From the NCBI GenBank assembly GCA_903881315.1, contig CAIRSR010000113.1:4693-68692 (forward strand): a DNA stretch of 64,000 nucleotides, written 5' to 3'. Both the position numbers and the translations under genes were made by a program. The notes under the pieces are model-generated. The model had not been told where the DNA came from and searched no databases. It worked only from the letters and a program-made list of their open reading frames with translations. This stretch comes from an uncultured Thiotrichales bacterium. GTDB lineage: Bacteria > Pseudomonadota > Gammaproteobacteria > CAIRSR01. Below are positions 37,570-45,847 of the stretch, piece by piece. Each line of letters opens with the position of its first letter. Positions within the stretch are counted from its first letter, which is position 1.

Positions 37570-38621
37570 TGGCTGGGAAGCAGAAGGAAAAGGATCATAA
37601 AGTAAAATGCCTGGTCTGGGATCTCGATAACACCCTATGGCGCGGCACACTGCTAGAAGACAAAGAGGTAATGCTGATCCCCGAGGCGGTTGAGTTAATC
37701 AAGACGCTGGATGATCGCGGTATTCTGCAATCCATTGCGAGCAAGAATGATCATCCGCTGGCGGAAAAGAAACTGCGCGAACTCGGATTATTCGATTACT
37801 TTCTCTATCCGCAGATCAACTGGGATGCCAAGTCGCAGTCTATCCAGAAGATTGCAACGCTCATTAATATTGGTATTGATACCCTAGCGTTTATTGACGA
37901 TCAAGCGTTTGAGCGCGAGGAAGTGAGCTTTAGTCATCCGCAGGTACTTACCATTGATGCGGCTCTCGTGGCGCAAGTGGCCGAGTTAGCGGTAATGCGT
38001 CCGCAGTTTATCACCGAGGATTCGCGGCGGCGGCGGGAGATGTACCAGAGCGACCTGAGGCGGAAAGAGGTCGAGGAGGGTTTTAGTGGCCCGCAGGATG
38101 CGTTCCTAGAAACGCTGGGTATGGTGCTGACGATTAGCCAGGCCAAGCAGGACGACTTGAAAAGGGCGGAGGAACTAACCCAGCGTACCAATCAGCTCAA
38201 CACTACTGCATATACCTACGATTATGATGAACTCGCAGTCTTTAGTACGTCTTCCGATTATCTGCTATTGGTTGCGGGGCTCGATGACAAATATGGGACG
38301 TACGGTAAGATTGGCCTAGTTCTGGTCGAGAAGCGTGGGCAAACCTGGTTGATTAAGCTGCTGCTCATGTCTTGCCGGGTAATGTCGCGCGGTGTTGGGA
38401 CGGTGATGATTAACTATTTGCGGAACATGGCGCGTGCTGCTGGGGTGGCATTAGAGGCCGAGTTTGTTCAGAATGACAGAAATCGCATGATGTATATGAC
38501 GTATAAGTTTAATCATTTCCGTGAGAAGGAAAAGCGCGATAATTGGATCTTGCTTGAGAATGATCTAAGCAGGGTACAGGTGTATCCTCCTTATATGAAA
38601 CTGATAACCGATGAGATGTAA
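37569..38621 (+). CDS. FkbH-like HAD-superfamily phosphatase/glyceryl-ACP loading enzyme
   Basis: The start overlaps the upstream stop codon (GTGATG). HAD motif I VWDLDNTLW, SKN, FIDDQ. C-terminal LLLMSCRVMSRGVG is Cys-containing and resembles the FkbH/OzmB catalytic region as I recall it. About 350 aa. Confidence 0.8.
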   Translation: MAGKQKEKDHKVKCLVWDLDNTLWRGTLLEDKEVMLIPEAVELIKTLDDRGILQSIASKNDHPLAEKKLRELGLFDYFLYPQINWDAKSQSIQKIATLINIGIDTLAFIDDQAFEREEVSFSHPQVLTIDAALVAQVAELAVMRPQFITEDSRRRREMYQSDLRRKEVEEGFSGPQDAFLETLGMVLTISQAKQDDLKRAEELTQRTNQLNTTAYTYDYDELAVFSTSSDYLLLVAGLDDKYGTYGKIGLVLVEKRGQTWLIKLLLMSCRVMSRGVGTVMINYLRNMARAAGVALEAEFVQNDRNRMMYMTYKFNHFREKEKRDNWILLENDLSRVQVYPPYMKLITDEM

Positions 38622-38645
38622 GCCTTGTGGTAAAGGTGTTCTGGT

Positions 38646-39821
38646 ATGACGCAAGCAGTGGAATTTTTCGATAGCACAGCGGTTGATCAGGGAAGCCAAG
38701 GATTCTCTGGTGCAGTTAGTGATGGGCGCTATCTGTATTTTGTGCCGATGGCAAATGGGCCGGGTCGGTTTTCTGGTCAGGTGACCCGTTATGACAGTCA
38801 TGGCGACTTTCAGGATCCGACCAGTTGGACGGTGTTCGATACTGCGGTTGTTAATTCGGCGAGTCGCGGTTTTGCGAATGGTCTGTTTGATGGTCGCTAT
38901 CTGTATATGATTCCGTATCACAATGATCAGCACCATGGTCAGGTCACTCGTTACGATACCCGAGGGGAATTTGATAGTCCCGCCTCGTGGGATTTCTTTG
39001 ATGTACAGATCCTCATTGACACTGGACGTGGTTTTGTGAGTGGTTGTTTCGACGGTCGTTATCTGTATCTTACGCCGTATCAAATTTCATGGACGCTGTA
39101 TAACGGTACGATGGTTCGTTACGACACAACCAGAGACTTTGCTGATAGAGATAGCTGGGAGGTGTTTGACAGCACATCGCTATCAAGCATGAGTTGTGGT
39201 TTTCATTCGGCAGTGGATACTCGGGATTTTATCTATTTTGTGCCATTTGTCCGTGCGCAGCGTGATTATCATGGGCTATTGGTGCGTTTTCGGCGTAGTG
39301 GTGGCTTTGCTGATCCAAATAGTTGGGAGATGGTTGACATCAAGGGATTCAACCCGCGTGGCTGCGGTTTCATTGGTGGCTGTTTTGATAGCCAATACCT
39401 ATATCTCGCTCCCTATTTTGATGGAAAGGGTCGATTTGGGCAGGTGGCTCGCTATGACAATTTGCAGCCACTTAACGAGGATGCTAGCTGGCAATTCTTT
39501 GACACTGAATTGGTGCACAGCGAAAGTCGTGGATTCTTTGGGACGTTACTTCACAACGAGTTTATTTATTTTATCCCGCACTGTAAGGCGGAAGGAATAT
39601 ATAACGGTCAGATCACTCGTTACGATCGAAGAGAGTCTTTTATGAGTCCATCTGCCTGGTCTGTGTTGGATACTGCCGCTTATCACCCGATGAGTAAGGG
39701 CTATATTGGGGGAGCGGTGATAAATAATTATCTTTATATGGCACCCTACGAAACAGCGCCAGCAGCGCATAGTGGATTAATTGCAAGGATTGATTTGGCT
39801 GTGCGTACCGTTTGGAAATGA
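38646..39821 (+). CDS. Seven-repeat (beta-propeller-like) protein of unknown function
   Basis: Seven tandem units of about 55 aa with consensus SW..FD......GF.G..FDGRYLY..PY......G.V.RYD....F: DGRYLYFVP, DGRYLYMIPY, DGRYLYLTPY, RDFIYFVPF, DSQYLYLAPY, NEFIYFIPH, NNYLYMAPY. No signal peptide and no catalytic motif that I recognise. Confidence 0.7.
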   Translation: MTQAVEFFDSTAVDQGSQGFSGAVSDGRYLYFVPMANGPGRFSGQVTRYDSHGDFQDPTSWTVFDTAVVNSASRGFANGLFDGRYLYMIPYHNDQHHGQVTRYDTRGEFDSPASWDFFDVQILIDTGRGFVSGCFDGRYLYLTPYQISWTLYNGTMVRYDTTRDFADRDSWEVFDSTSLSSMSCGFHSAVDTRDFIYFVPFVRAQRDYHGLLVRFRRSGGFADPNSWEMVDIKGFNPRGCGFIGGCFDSQYLYLAPYFDGKGRFGQVARYDNLQPLNEDASWQFFDTELVHSESRGFFGTLLHNEFIYFIPHCKAEGIYNGQITRYDRRESFMSPSAWSVLDTAAYHPMSKGYIGGAVINNYLYMAPYETAPAAHSGLIARIDLAVRTVWK

Positions 39822-40320
39822 CGTTCTCTGTGCTGCGAGTAACGAAAGAATTTCCAGGGTATAGGCTGCCAGAGAAAACTCGCGATCGAATCTAGAACGG
39901 TTTTCCCTCACCGATAAGCGGTTCTTACGGGTTGGTCTGCTCTGGTTTTCTTGAGATGAGTGGCTTTTTGCGTCCGAATCTGCGGTGTTAGAGCGCCACA
40001 ATGCCAACGATCTGCTGCTAAGAGAAGCGTTTACGTGCTGTTCTCTGCGCTCATGGACATGAGCGAAGGGGGTAGCTCGATCGCCAGGCCAAACCTTGTT
40101 CTTTAGGTTCTTTCCCAATGCGCCTCGCAGTTTTTCGTTACAATTCATAATTTCTGGTACGCTATCGGTCTCCGGTCAGCATGATGTGCATACTGAGTTC
40201 GCTCGTGTCGACGCTAAGCCTGCTGATCCGCATGAATACAAAACTGATGTTTTCCTCTAACCACGGCAGGGAGCGATTTTGCCCCTGTGCTTGCGATCTA
40301 TTGTCGGAGTTTGTAAAACA

Positions 40321-42894
40321 ATGGGATACCAACCTCTACGCAGCAGTGTTCACGCGCTCCACGCGCCGCTGCTAACCGATCTTCCTGCGCTGGGTATGGA
40401 TGCAGCAAGTCTTGCTGCCGATTTCCGGCGACACTTTACCCATACCTTGGGTCGCGATCGGCATTGCACGGCGGTTCGTTATTATTACGAATCGTTGGTG
40501 TTGACCTTGCGTGATCGATTGATGGAACGCTGGAAGAATACCCAATACACCTATGAGGAAGCCGATTGTCGCTTTGCTTATTACCTCTCTATGGAATTTC
40601 TCATGGGTAGGGCGCTCGGAAACGCTGTTCTCAATCTTGGGCTCCTGGATAATGTGGGTCGCGCCATGAATAATCTCGGCGTCTCCCTAGAGGAGGTTGC
40701 TGAGAATGAGCACGACGCTGGTCTTGGAAATGGTGGTTTGGGTAGGCTTGCTGCCTGTTTCCTGGATTCTTGCGCGACACTGCAGTTGCCAGTAATGGGC
40801 TATGGTATTCGCTATGTCTACGGGATGTTTCGGCAACGTATCGAAAATGGGCGACAAGTAGAGGAACCGGATCATTGGATGCGTAATGGTAATCCTTGGG
40901 AATTGGAACGGTCTGAGTTTGCGCAGCGCGTTCGTTTCGGTGGGCGGAGTGAGATCTATCGCGATGGCAGTGGGCGATTGTGTGCACGTTGGTTAGATAC
41001 CCAGGATGTATTAGCTGTGCCCTACGATATTCCCATTCCTGGTTATCAAAATGGAACCATTAATACGCTACGTCTGTGGTCAGCGGCGGCAACCGATGAG
41101 TTTGATCTTAGCGAATTCAACGCAGGTTCTTATACCGAATCGGTGCGGGATAAGAATGCGGCTGAGCATATTACCATGGTGCTCTATCCAAACGATGCAA
41201 GCGAGAATGGCAAGGAATTGCGTCTGCGTCAGCAGTATTTCCTGGCTTCCGCGAGCCTGCAAGACGTATTGCGTCAGTGGGTGCAGTGGCATGGACGAGA
41301 CTTTAGTGAATTCTCCGCTAAGAATTGCTTCCAGTTAAATGATACCCATCCTAGCTGCGCCATTCCAGAATTGATGCGACTATTGATGGATGAGCACGAA
41401 TTGGGATGGGACGAGGCGTGGGCAATCACCTCGCGCAGTATGGCGTATACCAACCATACTTTACTGCCGGAGGCATTAGATCGCTGGTCGGTGCGTATGT
41501 TCCGCCAGCTTCTGCCAAGGTTGTTAGATATTATTTTTGAGATCAATGCCCGTTTCCTGACCGAAGTGGCGCAACGCTGGCCTGGTGATACTGATCGGCA
41601 GCGTCGGATGTCCTTGATTGAGGAATCGCCTGTTCCGATGGTGCGGATGGCCTATTTAGCGATTGTGGGTAGTTTCTCGGTCAACGGTGTGGCGGAGCTT
41701 CATTCCCGATTGTTGGTCTGTGGTTTGTTGCGTGACTTCCATGATCTGTGGCCACGGAAGTTTAACAATAAGACCAATGGCGTAACCCAGCGGCGTTGGC
41801 TTGCAGGATGCAATCCGGCACTGGCGGGTCTGATTACCAGTACCATTGGTCGGGGCTGGGTAAAGGATCTAGAACAGCTCGCGCAATTGGTTCCTATGGC
41901 GGATAACGCCGAGTTTCGTGAACATTGGCGTGCCGTTCGGCGGATTGGTAAGACGCGCCTGGCCAATCTGGTGCAAGCGGAGTGTGGGGTCTCATTTGAT
42001 ACGGCTGCGCTCTTTGATGTTCAGGTAAAACGCATCCACGAATATAAGCGCCAGTTGCTAAATTGTCTGCACGTAATTCATCTCTATGACCGGATTAAAC
42101 GGGGCGATACTAATGATTGGACGCCGCGTTGCGTTTTATTTGGTGGTAAAGCGGCCCCTGGCTATCGTCTGGCCAAGCGCATCATTAAGCTTATCAATAA
42201 TGTGGCAGCGGTTATCAATGCTGATCCAGATGTAGGTAATCTATTGCGGGTAGCCTTCTTACCGGATTACCGGGTTTCGGCAATGGAGATAATCTGTCCG
42301 GGCACCGATTTGTCTGAGCAGATATCGACGGCTGGTAAAGAAGCCTCTGGCACGGGTAATATGAAGTTCATGATGAATGGAGCAGTAACCATTGGTACGC
42401 TAGATGGTGCCAATATTGAGATTCGCGATGCAGTGGGTGCGGAGAATTTCTTTCTTTTCGGGATGACGGCTGAGGCGGTAGAAGGACGGCGTCGATCGTA
42501 TCATCCAGAGGTCATTATTGCGGCGGATGAGAACCTATCCCGCGTGATGAGGTTGCTGGAGAGTGGGCACTTTAGCCAATTTGAGTCAGGGATTTTCCAA
42601 GAGATTACTGATTCCCTGCGCAGCCCACACGATTCATGGATGACCATTGCCGATTTCCGTAGTTTCGTAGAGGCGCAATGTCGGGCTGCTGCTGCGTATC
42701 GTGATCAAGAGGCTTGGACGCGCATGAGTATCTACAATACCGCTGCAAGTGGTCGCTTCTCTACGGATCGTACTATCTCTGAATATAATCGAGATATCTG
42801 GCGATTGACCCCGATTCCGGCCAATGGATCTAATAACCTCCAGGGATATTTGGGATCAGCGTTGGGAGAGGAAGAGGGATCTAAACCCTCGTAA
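40321..42894 (+). CDS. glgP: Glycogen/maltodextrin phosphorylase
   Basis: AYYLSMEFLMGR, GLGNGGLGRLAACFLDS, NDTHP, RRWL..CNP, PLP-Lys motif EASGTGNMKFMMNGA. ATG 40321 was chosen over the upstream alternative start. Confidence 0.92.
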   Translation: MGYQPLRSSVHALHAPLLTDLPALGMDAASLAADFRRHFTHTLGRDRHCTAVRYYYESLVLTLRDRLMERWKNTQYTYEEADCRFAYYLSMEFLMGRALGNAVLNLGLLDNVGRAMNNLGVSLEEVAENEHDAGLGNGGLGRLAACFLDSCATLQLPVMGYGIRYVYGMFRQRIENGRQVEEPDHWMRNGNPWELERSEFAQRVRFGGRSEIYRDGSGRLCARWLDTQDVLAVPYDIPIPGYQNGTINTLRLWSAAATDEFDLSEFNAGSYTESVRDKNAAEHITMVLYPNDASENGKELRLRQQYFLASASLQDVLRQWVQWHGRDFSEFSAKNCFQLNDTHPSCAIPELMRLLMDEHELGWDEAWAITSRSMAYTNHTLLPEALDRWSVRMFRQLLPRLLDIIFEINARFLTEVAQRWPGDTDRQRRMSLIEESPVPMVRMAYLAIVGSFSVNGVAELHSRLLVCGLLRDFHDLWPRKFNNKTNGVTQRRWLAGCNPALAGLITSTIGRGWVKDLEQLAQLVPMADNAEFREHWRAVRRIGKTRLANLVQAECGVSFDTAALFDVQVKRIHEYKRQLLNCLHVIHLYDRIKRGDTNDWTPRCVLFGGKAAPGYRLAKRIIKLINNVAAVINADPDVGNLLRVAFLPDYRVSAMEIICPGTDLSEQISTAGKEASGTGNMKFMMNGAVTIGTLDGANIEIRDAVGAENFFLFGMTAEAVEGRRRSYHPEVIIAADENLSRVMRLLESGHFSQFESGIFQEITDSLRSPHDSWMTIADFRSFVEAQCRAAAAYRDQEAWTRMSIYNTAASGRFSTDRTISEYNRDIWRLTPIPANGSNNLQGYLGSALGEEEGSKPS

Positions 42895-42921
42895 GGTGAT
42901 CGAGAGAGTTGTTAGACAAAC

Positions 42922-42944
42922 GCGGACGTACCACGTACGTCCGC
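42922..42944 (+). terminator. Hairpin terminator candidate after glgP
   Basis: gcggacgtac (42922-42931), loop cac, gtacgtccgc (42935-42944). Perfect 10-bp stem followed by a T-containing tract atgttgtgtg. Confidence 0.55.
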
Positions 42945-43081
42945 ATGTTGTGTGCGTGCAGAAAGATGGCGCTATTGATGCGGCGTTGATGAATGGCATT
43001 AAGGTAGGGCGGTTTTGTTATATCTCTAGATGTTGGTGCGGCACTCGCCTTTGAGGTAGCGGAGGGGGAGGAAACGATTTA

Positions 43082-44872
43082 ATGATTGATGTGTTCAACG
43101 CTGATGGCCAGCGAGTACCCCTTGGAAAGAAGATCGGTACTGGCGGAGAAGGTGTCGTCTATGATGCGCCGTTCTACGGATCAGATTTTGTTGCTAAGGT
43201 GTACCACCAGCCACTGTCTCAGGCGCGACGCTCTAAACTCTTGGCGATGGTTGAGGGGGGTAGTGAATATCTGCGCAAGATTGCGGCGTGGCCGGTTGAT
43301 ACGATCTACACCTCATCGCGGGGATCGATGTGTGGTTTTGTCATGCCAAAGGTCTTTGGTCATGAGCCAATTCACCATCTCTATGGGCCAGGGCACCGTA
43401 AACAGCAATTTCCAAATGCGGACTGGGCATTTCTGGTAAACACTGCGCGCAATGTGGCTGCGGCATTTGATGTCATTCATTCGCACCACCATGTAATTGG
43501 CGATGTGAATCAGAATAATATTGTGGTAGCGCGTGATAGCATTGTTAAGTTGATTGATTGTGATTCCTTCCAGATTACCACGACAAATAGAGATTATTTG
43601 TGTGAGGTTGGCGTTGGTCATTTTACGCCTCCCGAGTTACAAGGGAGGGCTTTTCATGGGATTCGCCGCGATCAGAACAACGATAACTTTGGGCTGGCTG
43701 TTCTCATCTTCCATCTATTATTGATGGGGCGTCATCCCTATTGTGGCGTATATTCTGGGGAAGGAGAGATGCCTATTGAGAAGGCAATAAAGGAATTTCG
43801 GTTTGCGTTTGGCAGTAACTCGGCGGCGAAAAAAATGGCTGCGCCGCCAAACAGTGTGCCGATTACGATACTGCCAAGCACAATCGTTAGGTTATTTGAG
43901 CGGGCGTTTTCTGAGGAGGGTGTATATGATAACCATCGTCCTGGCGCAAAGGAATGGATTACCGCACTAGAATCCTTAAGGGTACGTTTGCAGACCTGTG
44001 GTCGCGTGACGGGCCACCAGTATTTTGATGCGCTGGATACTTGTCCCTGGTGTAGAATTGAGCAACGATCGGGGGTTTTCTTTTTTAATACCCCCCGAGA
44101 GATTAACAATGCCGCTACGATAGATCTTAATGCTATTAATCTACAGATTGTAAGAGTTTGGGAAGAGATTAGTGCAATCCCGTCACCTGGTGCGGCAATC
44201 TCGATAAGCCCAGCGACGATGCGGGTGCATCCTACACCGCTTTCTCGTGAATTGGGTGGCTCTTTCGCTTTATTTAAGAGCCGACAATATCGTGCGGAAC
44301 TGAAGAGGCGTGAGGCAGCCCTTGAAGCTGCGCGTGACCTGTTTAATGTGCGTCTCGCCAAATGGAGAGTAGAGGCGAGTGACGAGGCGTTTAACAAAAG
44401 ATTCCGGGAATTATTCTACATCCGTCTTGAATATGAGCAGTTAGTTCGTGACTTTGAAATGGCGCGCGGGTATTGTCGCCCAGAGATGTCGGGTAATCCC
44501 ATCCTGTGGTCACTGAGGGCTATCAAGCGCCTGTTTAAGGGTGTCTTTGGTATATCTTCGACCGGAACGGCAATTGACCTAACGTCTTCGACCAATGTTG
44601 TTCGGAACAGGTATATCCTGGTTAATAGACACCAAGATGGGCGTCGGTTTGGGAGCGACGGTGATAGGGCATTGGAAGAGCTTGCTGAGTTAGTACAACG
44701 CTTCACGCAGCACCGCAGTCAGCTTGATGCGGAATTAGAGGAGGGGATTAGGGAGTTGCGCCAATTGCACGAGCAGATAGTATTCTCGCGTCAAGCAATG
44801 TATCCGCTCCTGATGGAGGCGGCGCAGGCGCTCGCACAGGCGGAAGCGGATCTGCGGCTGATGTGTGAATAA
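43082..44872 (+). CDS. Atypical Ser/Thr protein-kinase-like protein (YegI-like) with a Cys/His zinc-ribbon-like motif and a long coiled-coil C-terminus
   Basis: Gly-rich loop IGTGGEGVVYDA, VAKVYH (Lys), catalytic loop HVIGDVNQNNIVV, LIDCDSF (DFG-like), FTPPELQ, FGLAVLIFHLLLMGRHPY. Then CGRVTGHQYFDALDTCPWC. The C-terminal roughly 220 aa are heptad-rich. Confidence 0.75.
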   Translation: MIDVFNADGQRVPLGKKIGTGGEGVVYDAPFYGSDFVAKVYHQPLSQARRSKLLAMVEGGSEYLRKIAAWPVDTIYTSSRGSMCGFVMPKVFGHEPIHHLYGPGHRKQQFPNADWAFLVNTARNVAAAFDVIHSHHHVIGDVNQNNIVVARDSIVKLIDCDSFQITTTNRDYLCEVGVGHFTPPELQGRAFHGIRRDQNNDNFGLAVLIFHLLLMGRHPYCGVYSGEGEMPIEKAIKEFRFAFGSNSAAKKMAAPPNSVPITILPSTIVRLFERAFSEEGVYDNHRPGAKEWITALESLRVRLQTCGRVTGHQYFDALDTCPWCRIEQRSGVFFFNTPREINNAATIDLNAINLQIVRVWEEISAIPSPGAAISISPATMRVHPTPLSRELGGSFALFKSRQYRAELKRREAALEAARDLFNVRLAKWRVEASDEAFNKRFRELFYIRLEYEQLVRDFEMARGYCRPEMSGNPILWSLRAIKRLFKGVFGISSTGTAIDLTSSTNVVRNRYILVNRHQDGRRFGSDGDRALEELAELVQRFTQHRSQLDAELEEGIRELRQLHEQIVFSRQAMYPLLMEAAQALAQAEADLRLMCE

Positions 44873-44953
44873 GATCTGCCGATTGTCCCTCTTTGTTTTC
44901 TATACGATGGCTGCACCGTGTTTAGATTGGTAGGGGGACGTTGTGAAACCAAT

Positions 44954-45125
44954 TCATCCAGAGTGTGGGTCGCCATTTAGGCGATAACCGACCTCTTCTA
45001 TGAAACCGGTGGGAACAAACACCCGGCTCTTCGCGCAGCGGCCATGTGTCGGTTGCCCCTGTGGGTGCATACCAACCTTGCGGTTACGGGGCGACGGGAG
45101 AGCCGGGGAAAGAATCCTCCGGCGA
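44954..45125 (-). pseudogene. soxZ: Decayed, 3'-truncated soxZ paralogue fragment
   Basis: The translated relic ..MHPQG......VFVPTGFIEEVGYRLNGD* compares with the intact SoxZ ..NHPMENGLRKDQKTGELVPAHFIEEVVCSLNG. A DNA stretch aligned by eye gives 35/45 identical nt. Further upstream, similarity continues only after an indel/frameshift. The C-terminal roughly 45 codons of soxZ are absent. Confidence 0.5.
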
Positions 45126-45140
45126 TTTCTATCCGCAGGA

Positions 45141-45722
45141 TTAATCCGTGTGGTAAACCTTTTCCTTGACCAAACTATAGCCCCAGGGCAGGCCGGCATT
45201 CTTCCAGCCGTTCTCATCGCGCCGCCCGGTTGTTTTGCTGAGATCGCCTTCAAAGCCTTCTACCGCCGAGTATACCTTGGTATATCCAACCGTTGCCAGG
45301 AGATTGGCGGCAGCCGCACTGCGATCACCAGAACGACACATCAAAACAATGGTGCTGTCCTTATTGCCCCCCTTAAGTTCCACCAACTTGGTAAGCGCGA
45401 GTTGGAAATTGCTGTTTGCTTCAAGCTGGAATGCCTTGGTTTTGTCGTCAAATTTAACATCGTCTAGGGTGGGAAATACCTTGTAGGGGATATTTGCGTC
45501 AACCATATCGGTCATGCCGACAAACATGGTCTCCTCCGGGGTGCGGATATCTATAAAGATGACCTTGCTGTCCTGCATCTTCATATCGTACGCCTCTTTC
45601 GGCGTTACATAAAGTTTCAGCGTCGTTTGTTTCTTTGGATTGGTGACTTGGGCGGCGTCTAGGGCATAGGCTGGTGTGCCCATGGCAACAATAACAGCAA
45701 GAGCGATCTTCGCAAGTTTCAT
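45141..45722 (-). CDS. Periplasmic single-domain rhodanese (SoxL-like sulfurtransferase)
   Basis: Signal peptide MKLAKIALAVIVAMGTPAYA. Rhodanese active-site loop MCRSGDRSAAAANLL. It is the last gene of the sox string on the minus strand. Confidence 0.8.
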   Translation of the reverse strand: MKLAKIALAVIVAMGTPAYALDAAQVTNPKKQTTLKLYVTPKEAYDMKMQDSKVIFIDIRTPEETMFVGMTDMVDANIPYKVFPTLDDVKFDDKTKAFQLEANSNFQLALTKLVELKGGNKDSTIVLMCRSGDRSAAAANLLATVGYTKVYSAVEGFEGDLSKTTGRRDENGWKNAGLPWGYSLVKEKVYHTD

Positions 45723-45847
45723 TATCTTTATCCTAAGCGAGTTGTGAGAATGCTTGAGCCTGTAATTTCTTGTTTGGCGCACTACGCGATCCATGATGCG
45801 CCGGGCGTTTTGCCATCCTGTTCCTGATTATTCCTATGGGACACCGC

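Noticed and set aside
39777-40148. 123-aa minus-strand ORF, plus the 64-aa ORF at 40181-40375, in the 500-nt gap between the propeller gene and glgP.
   Set aside because: No RBS and no recognisable motif. The composition is Ser/Arg/Asn-rich and unlike neighbouring proteins. The 64-aa ORF overlaps the glgP leader. The gap is treated as non-coding promoter or leader.
42896-42945. Shared peptide (E/D)RVVRQTR.Y in two alternative-frame ORFs: 42824-43054 (+, after glgP) and the N-terminal extension of the rhodanese ORF at 45750-45794 (-). I considered whether these mark repeats flanking an inserted segment (kinase + soxZ relic + rhodanese).
   Set aside because: The underlying DNA is only about 50% identical (Arg codons AGA versus CGC). 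Both stretches are outside the supported coding regions. An 8-residue Arg-rich match is within chance expectation for a six-frame comparison of 64 kb.
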